The notes beneath the pieces were generated by a model. The model was not told the DNA's origin. It did no database searches and worked only from the letters and a program-made list of their open reading frames with translations. A stretch of 64,000 nt of DNA from an uncultured Spirochaetota bacterium (GTDB taxonomy: Bacteria; Spirochaetota; UBA4802; UBA5550): assembly GCA_963827275.1 (NCBI GenBank), contig CAWHAA010000007.1, positions 32,001 to 96,000 of the forward strand. The letters are read 5' to 3'. Shown piece by piece: positions 29,701 to 37,654 of the stretch (position 1 is its first letter; every line of letters begins with the position of its first letter). The translations under genes were made by a program, and so were the position numbers.

Positions 29701-29992
29701 CCTGTTCCTCGATCTTTCATATGACGAGGCAAAAAAGAAAGGGAGATTGAATAATCTTCACGAGCTTAAAGAAGCAATTGTCCATGGCGCCGTGAAAAGG
29801 ATACGTCCTAAAATCATGACCGTAATGGCGACATCCATGGGACTCCTGCCGATCATGTGGTCAATGGGGGCCGGAGCGGACGTTATGAAGCGGATCGCCG
29901 CACCCATGGTTGGCGGCCTTTTTACTTCGTTTATCATGGAATTGCTCGTGTATCCGGCCATTTATCTATTGTGGAAAAAAAGGAAAATCTAG
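26759..29992 (+). CDS. cusB-partner cusA: CusA/SilA-type Cu(I)/Ag(I) RND permease
   Basis: PLDAIPDLSDTQVIV, LGPDATGVGW, NIMSL.GIAI.IG.LVD, EFMPPLNEG..LYMP, DPAPFSMMET, RIRPKIMT, MKRIAAPMVGG. Confidence 0.95.
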   Translation: MIRKIISFSAHNKMLVILLVSAAIAYAVYSMYHIPLDAIPDLSDTQVIVYTKWDRSPDILEDQVTYPIISALLGAPRVKAIRGYSDFGFSYVYVIFQDGTDIYWARSRVLEYLSKIQGGLPAGVKSELGPDATGVGWVFQYALVDTSGAHDLASLRSFQDWSLKYALQSVPGVSEVASIGGFEKQYQVTVDPNRLHAYRLSLMNVIDAIKRNNNEAGGRLIEWSGKEFMVRAKGYVKSVDDLKKITVKESGGTPVMLENVATITLGPQMRRGLAELNGQGDVVGGIVVIRHGENALNVIERVKERIEDLKPSLPEGVSIKTVYDRSDLIRRSIDNLKEELLVEMVIVSLVILLFLWHFPSAMVPIITIPISVALAFIPMYFFGISSNIMSLAGIAISIGVLVDGAIVEVENAYKKIELWIEGGRKGDFHEVRLEALMEVGPSVFFSLLVIAVAFLPVFTLVDQEGRLFTPLAWTKTLTIALASLLAVTLDPAVRMLFTRLEPFHLKPKWLALAATNLFVGKYYPEEKHPVSKLLFKLYDPPCRWVLEHPRRVIAGAVLTVLLSIPVYFKLGSEFMPPLNEGTVLYMPTTLPGISVTEARNLLLMQDRILMTFPEVETVFGKAGRADTSTDPAPFSMMETTIHLKPQSEWREKKRWYSAWAPAPLKWLLRHVWPDTISYDELIGLMDEKLQIPGNSNAWTMPIKGRIDMLTTGVRTPVGIKIFGSDLNEIQRVGSEIEAVLKKVTGTRSVFAERVGGGYYVDLTPKREALARYGLNIDDFQEVVMSAIGGDTVSTTIEGRERYSINVRYPRALRTRVDELERVYITTMSGMQVPMKEVADIKLTYGPSMIRDENGRLAGYVYVDIADRDIGSYVEEAKEVVKKHIKMPAGYTLAWSGQYENMQRVAERLKIVLPITILLIFVLLFMNTKSAFKASVVMLAVPFSAVGALWLMFALGYHTSIAAWVGMIALMGLDAETGVFMLLFLDLSYDEAKKKGRLNNLHELKEAIVHGAVKRIRPKIMTVMATSMGLLPIMWSMGAGADVMKRIAAPMVGGLFTSFIMELLVYPAIYLLWKKRKI

Positions 29993-30175
29993 CCCGCCCA
30001 CGGTCCTTTCCCCTAAATCTGACACACTGTGCAAAATAACAGATTTCAGCTATGAAATTTGCGCCAATATTATTTGACAAAAAACCGGGCGCTACTATTG
30101 TTGGAAAAACATGTGATTCTTTGCAGTACCACATATCCAATTGTTATCATATAAAACTTTTCAGGAGGAATATCC

Positions 30176-32050
30176 ATGGCTGCAAATCCCATAATTGACT
30201 CACGAGACACAAAATTCATTTTATTTGAGCTGTTTGAGGTTGATAAGCTGACGCAATATGAAAAATTCAAGGATTTCGACAAGGATACCATGGATGAAGT
30301 GGTAAATCTTGCCGAAAAAATCGCGGTGGAACAGGTGTATCCGATCAACGCGGTCGCCGATAAAAACGGGGCGAAATACGATCCCGCGAAAAAACAGGTC
30401 ACCATACCCCAGGAATATTTTCCCGGTCTGAAAGCCTACTTTGAGGCCGGTTTCATCGGGGTCGCCACCGACCCGAAATGGGGCGGCATGGGGATGCCCG
30501 AATCGATCTACTACACGGCGACCGACTATTTCACCGCCGCCAGCTGCGCCTTCACCATGTTCCCGATGCTTTCAATAGGCGCCTGCAACATGTACATGAA
30601 GTTCCTGCCGGACTATCCCTGGAAGCAGATAACGATTGAAAAGATCCTCAGCGGCGAATGGGGCGGCACCATGTGCCTCACCGAGCCCGATGCCGGTTCC
30701 GACGTCGGCGCCCTCAAGACCAAGGCCACGAAGAACGCGGACGGCACCTATTCGATAAAAGGCCAGAAGATATTCATCTCTTCCGGCGACAACAACTATT
30801 CAAAGAACATCATACACCCGGTGCTGGCGCGGATCGAGGGAGATCCCGAGGGCACGAAGGGCATATCGATTTTCCTGGTCCCGAAATACCGGATCAAGGA
30901 TGACGGTTCCATGGGCGAGCTTAATGACGTCGTGTGCGCCGGCATCGAGCACAAGATGGGGATCCACGGGAACCCCACCTGCACCATGGTCTTCGGCGAC
31001 GAAGGCAAGTGCCAGGGCTTCCTGATGGGCGAGGCCCGTCAGGGGATGAAGATCATGTTCCAGATGATGAACGAAGCCCGTCTCTACGTCGGCGGACAGG
31101 GCGCCTCGGTCTCGAGCGCCGCGTACATGCACGCCGTCACCTACGCCCGCAACCGGGTGCAGGGCAAGAGGGTCGAGGAGATGATGAAACCCGATGCGAA
31201 GAGCACCACCATCATGAGCCACCCGGACGTGAAGCGGATGCTCCTCTCCATGAAGGCCAGGGTCGAGGCCATGCGGACGCTGACCCTCTACTGCAGCTAC
31301 CTGACCGACCTGACGCATGTTCTGAAGGACGATGGGAAGAAAGAAGCGCAGGGGATCCTCGAGTTCCTGATCCCCATCAACAAGGCGGGCAACACCGACT
31401 CGGCGTGGGAAGTGACCGCCGACGCGATCCAGTGCTACGGCGGGTACGGATTCTGCTCCGACTACCCCGTGGAACAGTACGCCCGCGACGCGAAGATCCT
31501 TACCCTGTACGAGGGGACCAACGGCATCCAGTCGATGGACCTGGCGATGCGCAAGCTCCTCATGGACAAGGACTTCTACAACTACAAGGCGTACAAGAAA
31601 AAGATAGAAGATACTATCAAGAAGGCCAAGGGCATCGTTGACGATAAATACGTGGCGCTGATGGAGAAGGGCGTCGCCAAGATCGACGAGGTCGTGGCCT
31701 ACATGAAAAAGCTCATGGAAGGCGGCAAGTATCTCCAGATATTCGCCAATGCCACGCCGATGCAGCAGTGCTTCGCGATGCTTTCTTACGCGTTCATCCA
31801 CCTCTGGGCGCTGACTCTGGTCACCCCGAAGGCGAAAGAGCTCGCGGGCGACAAGAAAGGGGCGGACCTCGAAAAACTGCTCGCGGACAATTCGGAGGCG
31901 GCGTATTACATGGGACGGATGCTTTCGGCGCAGTTCTACATCGGCGCCGAGTTCCAGAAGTTTTTCGGCAAGTGCGAGTATGTCCTTGCGGGAGAGGGGG
32001 CCGTGGTCAAGTCGTCATCGGCGATCTTTACCGGGGCGCCGGAACAATAA
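30176..32050 (+). CDS. Acyl-CoA dehydrogenase (long, ~600-aa type)
   Basis: GTMCLTEP.AGSDVG, GQKIFISSG, GTKGISIFLVPK, EHKMGIHG.PTC, MMNEARL, GGYGF..DYP.EQ..RD.KI..LYEGTNGIQ; RBS AGGAGG; TTGACA at 30074. Confidence 0.95.
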   Translation: MAANPIIDSRDTKFILFELFEVDKLTQYEKFKDFDKDTMDEVVNLAEKIAVEQVYPINAVADKNGAKYDPAKKQVTIPQEYFPGLKAYFEAGFIGVATDPKWGGMGMPESIYYTATDYFTAASCAFTMFPMLSIGACNMYMKFLPDYPWKQITIEKILSGEWGGTMCLTEPDAGSDVGALKTKATKNADGTYSIKGQKIFISSGDNNYSKNIIHPVLARIEGDPEGTKGISIFLVPKYRIKDDGSMGELNDVVCAGIEHKMGIHGNPTCTMVFGDEGKCQGFLMGEARQGMKIMFQMMNEARLYVGGQGASVSSAAYMHAVTYARNRVQGKRVEEMMKPDAKSTTIMSHPDVKRMLLSMKARVEAMRTLTLYCSYLTDLTHVLKDDGKKEAQGILEFLIPINKAGNTDSAWEVTADAIQCYGGYGFCSDYPVEQYARDAKILTLYEGTNGIQSMDLAMRKLLMDKDFYNYKAYKKKIEDTIKKAKGIVDDKYVALMEKGVAKIDEVVAYMKKLMEGGKYLQIFANATPMQQCFAMLSYAFIHLWALTLVTPKAKELAGDKKGADLEKLLADNSEAAYYMGRMLSAQFYIGAEFQKFFGKCEYVLAGEGAVVKSSSAIFTGAPEQ

Positions 32051-32072
32051 CAGAACCATACCGGATGAAATC

Positions 32073-32105
32073 AAAAGGCCGTTGGATTACCCAACGGCCT
32101 TTTTT
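32073..32105. terminator. Intrinsic terminator after the acyl-CoA dehydrogenase gene
   Basis: AAAAGGCCGTTGG-ATTAC-CCAACGGCCTTTTTT. Confidence 0.85.
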
Positions 32106-32575
32106 ATCTCCGCGGTTATGTTCCCGGGTATCGGGACATCGATGACCTTTTCCTTGACGATGCCGCCGTACACAAAATTCAACAGGTTGACTCTGATTGT
32201 TTTCGCTCCTGCTAAAAACCGCAGCATGTCCGCGTTCTCTTCTTTGCTCCTGTCGAGCGGAAGCTGGATATGGTTCATTGTCCCGCCGGTCCTGAACAGC
32301 AGCGACAGGAGCAGGCTCTCGCCGTCATTCAGGACGTGCCATGACGGGACGCCGGACACGATCTCCTGTACGACATCGTCATTTTCGATATGGAACAGGA
32401 CGTACTGCCCGCCGTCCCTGATGGGCAATGTTTCCCCCGCATAGGAGAAATAGGCATAGAAGAAGGCGCAGGCGCCGTCCCGGGGAAGGGTCTCGCCCTC
32501 CTTCAGCCTGTTGAATTCCCTGACGGCGGCCGGGGGATTGTTCGCCCCCGCTTTTTTCCGGTTGAATATTCCCAT
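32087..32575 (-). CDS. Hypothetical protein
   Basis: ~162-aa ORF (MGIFNRKK...) filling the gap co-directionally downstream of btuB; no motif recognised. Confidence 0.65.
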   Translation of the reverse strand: MGIFNRKKAGANNPPAAVREFNRLKEGETLPRDGACAFFYAYFSYAGETLPIRDGGQYVLFHIENDDVVQEIVSGVPSWHVLNDGESLLLSLLFRTGGTMNHIQLPLDRSKEENADMLRFLAGAKTIRVNLLNFVYGGIVKEKVIDVPIPGNITAEIKKAVG

Positions 32576-32629
32576 GCGTCTATCACGTGGGCGCGGATCC
32601 GTTTCTGTCAAGCACGTTCCAGCGCGGGG

Positions 32630-34720
32630 CTAAAACACCGCCTTCAACCCGCCGTACACGGAACAGGGCGCGGTACGGTACCCCCGGATCTCTTCGTATC
32701 TCTTATTCAACAGGTTTTCAATTCTGACGAAGGCCTGCAGCTCCCTGATGATCCACCATGATGCGGCCAGATCGACCCGGTAATAGGCGTTCATGGCGCT
32801 GAAATAGGGATAGAACCAGTAGTCCCGCCGTCTGCCGACATAGGAAACGTCCAGGTTGATGTTGCCCCTGTCAAGAAAGCTGTAATTTACGGTGAAGCCG
32901 GCCTTGTGGCGGGGACGGCGGAGCAGGTCCCCGGTATGAAAGGTCTTGTCATGCATGCGCGTGAAGGTGTAATACCCGCTTATCGTAAGGTCGTCGAATG
33001 GCCTGATCGACGCCATGCATTCGACCCCCCGCGAGAGCGCGTCGCTGTTCCAGTATCTCCCGTAGCTGTCGAGGGTGGAGTCGTAGGTGATCAGGTTTTT
33101 GTAGTCGATACTGAAATAGTTGACCTCGAGTATGATCCTGTTTTCCCAGAGGGGCTGTTCGATCCCCGCGTCATAGCTTATGGCGCGCTCCTGCTTCAGG
33201 TAGGCGAAAGAGAGGCGGTTGGAGCGCTCGTACGCGTTATACAGCTGGTAGAGCGACGGGATCTTGTACCCGGTGCCCATGCTGGCCTTGATCCTGGTCT
33301 CGGTGACCGGTATGATGAATGATCCGGACACCCCGTAGTCGATGCTATGGCGGAAATGGTCCGGCCGTGTATAGCGCGCACCGGCTATGATAAACACGCG
33401 CTTGAAAAGCTTGAGGTGGTTCTGCGCGTAAGCCGCCCAGGTGCCGGCCGTTCTGTCGATCGGATCGGTGGGCATCATGAACCATGGATTGGAATAGGGG
33501 AGCGGGGCCATGGGCTGCGCGGGCATCAGGCCGAAGTAGTAGGGGAGCGTCGCTGCATATTCCTTTTCGTAGGAAACGCCGACGACGATTTCATCGATGT
33601 CCTTGATCGAAAATTTATTTTTAAATTCGCCTGACATCATCGTGCCTTTGAACGTCATGTTCGAATATCCAAAGGAGGCATAGTCCCCCGATTGAAATAG
33701 TGATTTCGCAAATTCATACTCATCGGGGAGGTTCTTGTCGTGCATGAGCTGGTTCATGTATGAAAACATGAGCGTGGACTCCCACCATTCAAATACGGGT
33801 ATGGCGTACTTGACGTTAAGGGCCAGGTTTTGACTGCCGAAGGTATGATTTTTATCCTCTTCGTACGAGCCATTGGAAATTTTCATGCTGGCGTCCGTAA
33901 ACCGCAGGGCGAATGAGAGCCAGCTGTCGCGTATGGTCTTGATGCCCAGCTGCGTTGACACCGCGGTGTTGTCATAGCCGTCATGCCGGTTTTTCAAAAA
34001 AGACTTCCTGACGCCCCGCCAGGTTGAGGTCCTGGAAAATCCGCGGGAATCGGTCCGTGATACGTTGAACGAATAATAGGCCCAATCCGTGCCGCCGCTC
34101 ACCCCCGCCGATTCCTTGAAGGTGTTGAACGACCCCCCCTCGGCCTGGACCGTAACTTGCGGCTTTCCTTCTCCCTTTTTCGTGATAATGTTGATCACGC
34201 CGCCGATGGCGTCCGACCCGTACAGGACGCTCTGGGACCCGCGGACAATCTCGATCTGCTCGATGTTGTCCGTGGTGAGATTGGCGAAATCAAATCCGTG
34301 TGCCGCTGACGATGGGTCGTTTACCTTGACCCCGTCGATGAGCACCGTGACATGGTTGGACCCGGTGCCCCGGATATACAGGTCGGCAAGTCCGCCCAGG
34401 GGCGAGCTCTGCGATACCGAGACGCCCGGGGTGCTCTTCAGCAGGTCCACCACTTTCATTTTTTTACTCTGCTCGATCTCTTCGGCCGTGATGACCGTGA
34501 TGGAAGCGCCCGTTTCTTTTTTATAGATCCCGGTTTTCGTCGCCGTGATGACGATCTCGTAGCTTTTTTTCGGTTTTTGATCTATGCCGGTGCCGGATTT
34601 TTCTGATGCTTCTTCCCGGGGTCCGCCGGGAACGGTCTCCCCGGGCTGGCCCAGTACCGGCATATACAGAAACAGCGACAGGGTTACGATGTAAAAACAG
34701 GCGGTACACTTGCTCGTCAT
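32630..34720 (-). CDS. btuB: TonB-dependent cobalamin receptor
   Basis: EIVITAT TonB box; plug IRG....V.VLIDGV...IEQIEIVRG.QS.LYGSDAIGGVINIITK; LLRRP, ENLLNK.YE, C-terminal Phe; cobalamin riboswitch upstream; RBS GGAGG. Confidence 0.9.
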   Translation of the reverse strand: MTSKCTACFYIVTLSLFLYMPVLGQPGETVPGGPREEASEKSGTGIDQKPKKSYEIVITATKTGIYKKETGASITVITAEEIEQSKKMKVVDLLKSTPGVSVSQSSPLGGLADLYIRGTGSNHVTVLIDGVKVNDPSSAAHGFDFANLTTDNIEQIEIVRGSQSVLYGSDAIGGVINIITKKGEGKPQVTVQAEGGSFNTFKESAGVSGGTDWAYYSFNVSRTDSRGFSRTSTWRGVRKSFLKNRHDGYDNTAVSTQLGIKTIRDSWLSFALRFTDASMKISNGSYEEDKNHTFGSQNLALNVKYAIPVFEWWESTLMFSYMNQLMHDKNLPDEYEFAKSLFQSGDYASFGYSNMTFKGTMMSGEFKNKFSIKDIDEIVVGVSYEKEYAATLPYYFGLMPAQPMAPLPYSNPWFMMPTDPIDRTAGTWAAYAQNHLKLFKRVFIIAGARYTRPDHFRHSIDYGVSGSFIIPVTETRIKASMGTGYKIPSLYQLYNAYERSNRLSFAYLKQERAISYDAGIEQPLWENRIILEVNYFSIDYKNLITYDSTLDSYGRYWNSDALSRGVECMASIRPFDDLTISGYYTFTRMHDKTFHTGDLLRRPRHKAGFTVNYSFLDRGNINLDVSYVGRRRDYWFYPYFSAMNAYYRVDLAASWWIIRELQAFVRIENLLNKRYEEIRGYRTAPCSVYGGLKAVF

Positions 34721-34879
34721 GACAGAGTCCTCCAATAGTTAAAAAATTTTCAGTGTTTTTAACCAGTGGATATCCTGAAGCGGCATGTTTGTCCGGAAAA
34801 CAGCCCCTGAATAAAAAAGCATACCCGAGGGTATGCTTTTTTGTCAGACATTGACTTCGCGTACGAAGTATGGCTAACT

Positions 34880-35005
34880 GGCTCCCGTTCCTCGAGGATA
34901 TCGCAGTTATGGAAGTTCTGGCTTATCCGCCGGGGCGGAATCACAGTTGCGGGACAGCGCGGGAATTTAACCCGACTTCCTCCATGCAGTTAAAAGAACA
35001 ATATG
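34880..35005 (-). ncRNA. Cobalamin riboswitch (short form) upstream of btuB
   Basis: Minus strand reads AGGAAGTCGGGTTAAATTCCCGCGCTGTCCCGCAACTGTGA...AAGCCAGAA, matching the B12-element core. Boundaries approximate. Confidence 0.85.
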
Positions 35006-35107
35006 CGATAGTGCGGCCAGTGCGCTGAAACTGTCAACTGATTATCCATTTCCCCGATGATATTTTTTCCTTGTCAAAATATCGGCCGTGTTGTTTTACA
35101 GGAGGTC

Positions 35108-35665
35108 ATGGGAACATTAATATTCATAACCGGCGGGGCGCGGAGCGGGAAGAGCCGATTTGCCGAGTCTCTGCTCTCCGGCAGGGATGACGTGCTGTAT
35201 GTCGCCACGGGAATAGGCTTTGACGAAGAGATGAGGGACAGGATCTCCCGCCACCGGTCGCAGCGCAATCCCTCGTGGGAGACCGTTGAATGCTACCGGG
35301 ATTTCCCCGCCATGCTGGGCGGCAGGCTCGCGGGGCGGGGGGCCATCCTCCTCGATTGCATCACCATAATGATAAACAATATCATGGTCGTTGACTCGGG
35401 CGTTGATTGGGACAGCGCCGGCATGGACGAGGCGGACAGGGCCGAGGAAGTTATCCGGGAGGAGATCTCCGGTTTCATGCGGGTTGCCGCCGGTTTCAAC
35501 GGGGTGGCCATCGTTGTTTCGAACGAGCTGGGCATGGGCATAGTGCCGCCCGCTCCGCTGGGACGGTATTACCGGGACATCGCCGGGAAGATCAACCAGC
35601 TGATCGCCGCCGATGCCGATGAAGTCTATTTCATGGTATCGGGCCTGCCTCAGAGGATAAAATAA
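35108..35665 (+). CDS. cobU: Adenosylcobinamide kinase/adenosylcobinamide-phosphate guanylyltransferase
   Basis: ITGGARSGKS.FAE, D.EM..RI..H...R, LLDCIT, VSNELG.GIVP, YRD.AG..NQ, VSGLP. Confidence 0.95.
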   Translation: MGTLIFITGGARSGKSRFAESLLSGRDDVLYVATGIGFDEEMRDRISRHRSQRNPSWETVECYRDFPAMLGGRLAGRGAILLDCITIMINNIMVVDSGVDWDSAGMDEADRAEEVIREEISGFMRVAAGFNGVAIVVSNELGMGIVPPAPLGRYYRDIAGKINQLIAADADEVYFMVSGLPQRIK

Positions 35666-35681
35666 ACAGTAAAAGGCTGAT

Positions 35682-36473
35682 ATGGCATTCAAGGATTATT
35701 TCAACGGCATTCTGCTCCAGGTAAAATTCCTGACGCGCATACCGGTCCCCGTGAAGACTGATTATGACGAACGGGCCTTTGCCGCAGGGGCCGTTTTCGC
35801 TCCGCTGATAGGATTGCTCATCGGGCTGATATCGATCGGCGCGTTTCTTCTCTTCGCGCGTCTTGATGCGCGGCCCCTCGCGGTCCTCATGGCCATGGTG
35901 GCCGGGATAGCCGTTACCGGCGGCATCCACCTGGACGGCCTTGCCGATACCTTCGACGGCCTTTTCAGCTACCGGACCAGGGAGCGTGTCCTTGCCATCA
36001 TGAAGGACTCCCGTCTGGGAACGGGCGGGGCCATCGGCCTGATTGTTGTCATCATGCTGAAATACGCGATGCTCGTTTCCTTGCAGGACGGCCACCTCCT
36101 TGTCTGCCTCGCGGTCATGCCGGTCTTGTCGCGGATGACCATTGCCTGGAGCGCCGGCCTGTCAGTGTATGCCCGGCAGGGTGAGAAGGGCCTGGCCGCC
36201 GGCCTCGTTGAGCATACCGGCGTCCTTGAGATCGGCATCGCGACAATACTGGGCGCGTTGATAAGCGCACTCTTCTTGAAATTGGCCGCGCTGCCATTGA
36301 TGTTAATTGTCATTGCATTTACCCTCCTGATGAATCTCTACGCCAGGTCCAGGATCGGGGGAATTACGGGGGATGTCATCGGCGCCGTCATAGAAATGTC
36401 GGAGCTGGTGTTTCTCCTCTCTGTCCTGGTGCTGGACCGTGTGTATGCGTGGCAGCACGTGACCTTTCTGTAG
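35682..36473 (+). CDS. cobS: Adenosylcobinamide-GDP ribazoletransferase (cobalamin synthase)
   Basis: FLTRIP, TGGIHLDGLADTFDG, IMKDSRLG, GGITGDVIGA. Confidence 0.95.
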   Translation: MAFKDYFNGILLQVKFLTRIPVPVKTDYDERAFAAGAVFAPLIGLLIGLISIGAFLLFARLDARPLAVLMAMVAGIAVTGGIHLDGLADTFDGLFSYRTRERVLAIMKDSRLGTGGAIGLIVVIMLKYAMLVSLQDGHLLVCLAVMPVLSRMTIAWSAGLSVYARQGEKGLAAGLVEHTGVLEIGIATILGALISALFLKLAALPLMLIVIAFTLLMNLYARSRIGGITGDVIGAVIEMSELVFLLSVLVLDRVYAWQHVTFL

Positions 36474-36555
36474 CAGCCCCCCCGTAGAGGGCGGTGTGAA
36501 CACGGCGGATACTCAAAAAACTAACAGCATGTACTGGTAAAAGTGAGGAAGCAAT

Positions 36556-37596
36556 ATGGGTCTTCTTGAAACAACAATCACAAGCATCCGGCCCCTCGAT
36601 GCCGCGGCCATGGAAAATGCGCGGGCCATGCTCGAAGTGAAGCTCAAACCTCCGGGCAGCCTGGGCCGGCTGGAAGATATAGCGGTAAAGCTCGCTGGCA
36701 TTACCGGTATTGTGGGCGGAAAGATTGACAAAAAGACCATCCTGGTGATGTGCGGCGATAACGGCGTGACCGAAGAAAAGGTGAGCTCCTTCCCGGCCGA
36801 TATCAGCGTCCTTGTGGCGGAGACCATGCTGAAAGGCATATCCGGCGTGTCAGTGCTGGCGCGCCACGCCGGGGCCGGCCTCCGCGTGGTCGATCTCGGC
36901 CTGTTCCGGGAAGTGAATGACGTCCGCATGGTCAATCGCAGGATTCGTCCCGGGACCTCGAACATCGCCAGGGGCCCAGCCATGTCCCGCGAGGAGGGGG
37001 TGCGGGCGGTTGAAACGGGCATAGAAGAAGCGCTGGCTGCGCTCGGTGACGGGGCTGATATCCTCGGCACCGGCGAGATCGGCATCGGCAACACCACCAC
37101 CGCGAGCGCGGTAGTGCATGCCATTACCGGCAAGAGCCTCGACGAGGTGGTGGGCCGGGGCGCCGGGCTCACCGATGAGGGCCTGCGTCATAAAAAAGAC
37201 ATTATACGGCGGGCCGTCGGGGTGAACAGGCCCGACCCGCGCGACGGCGTTGACGTGATATCGAAAGTGGGCGGCTTTGACATAGCCGGGCTTGCCGGCT
37301 GTTACCTCGCCGCCGCCTCCCGCCGCACGCCGATCGTGATCGACGGGTTTATCGCCGGCGCCGCGGCGGTTGCGGCCTGTACGCTGCACCAGGGAGTGCG
37401 TGATTTCATGTTCACGTCGCACGCCAGCGCCGAGCCGGGCGTGGCGGTTGTGAGCGAGGTGCTCAGGCTGCAGCCGATGCTTGCGCTGGACATGCGTCTG
37501 GGGGAGGGGACCGGCGCCGCGCTCGGGTTCCATGTCATCGAGGCGGCGGTGAAGATCATGAATGAGATGGGAACATTCAAGGATATAGGGATGTAG
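36556..37596 (+). CDS. cobT: Nicotinate-nucleotide:dimethylbenzimidazole phosphoribosyltransferase
   Basis: KPPGSLGRLE, GDNGV, GE.GIGNTT, GRGAG, DGFI, SH.SAEPG, MRLGEGTGA. Confidence 0.95.
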   Translation: MGLLETTITSIRPLDAAAMENARAMLEVKLKPPGSLGRLEDIAVKLAGITGIVGGKIDKKTILVMCGDNGVTEEKVSSFPADISVLVAETMLKGISGVSVLARHAGAGLRVVDLGLFREVNDVRMVNRRIRPGTSNIARGPAMSREEGVRAVETGIEEALAALGDGADILGTGEIGIGNTTTASAVVHAITGKSLDEVVGRGAGLTDEGLRHKKDIIRRAVGVNRPDPRDGVDVISKVGGFDIAGLAGCYLAAASRRTPIVIDGFIAGAAAVAACTLHQGVRDFMFTSHASAEPGVAVVSEVLRLQPMLALDMRLGEGTGAALGFHVIEAAVKIMNEMGTFKDIGM

Positions 37597-37654
37597 CGGG
37601 GACCGCGGTACTGAATGGGGGGTGATCGGGAAAGACCTCTGCCGGAAGGTTGTC

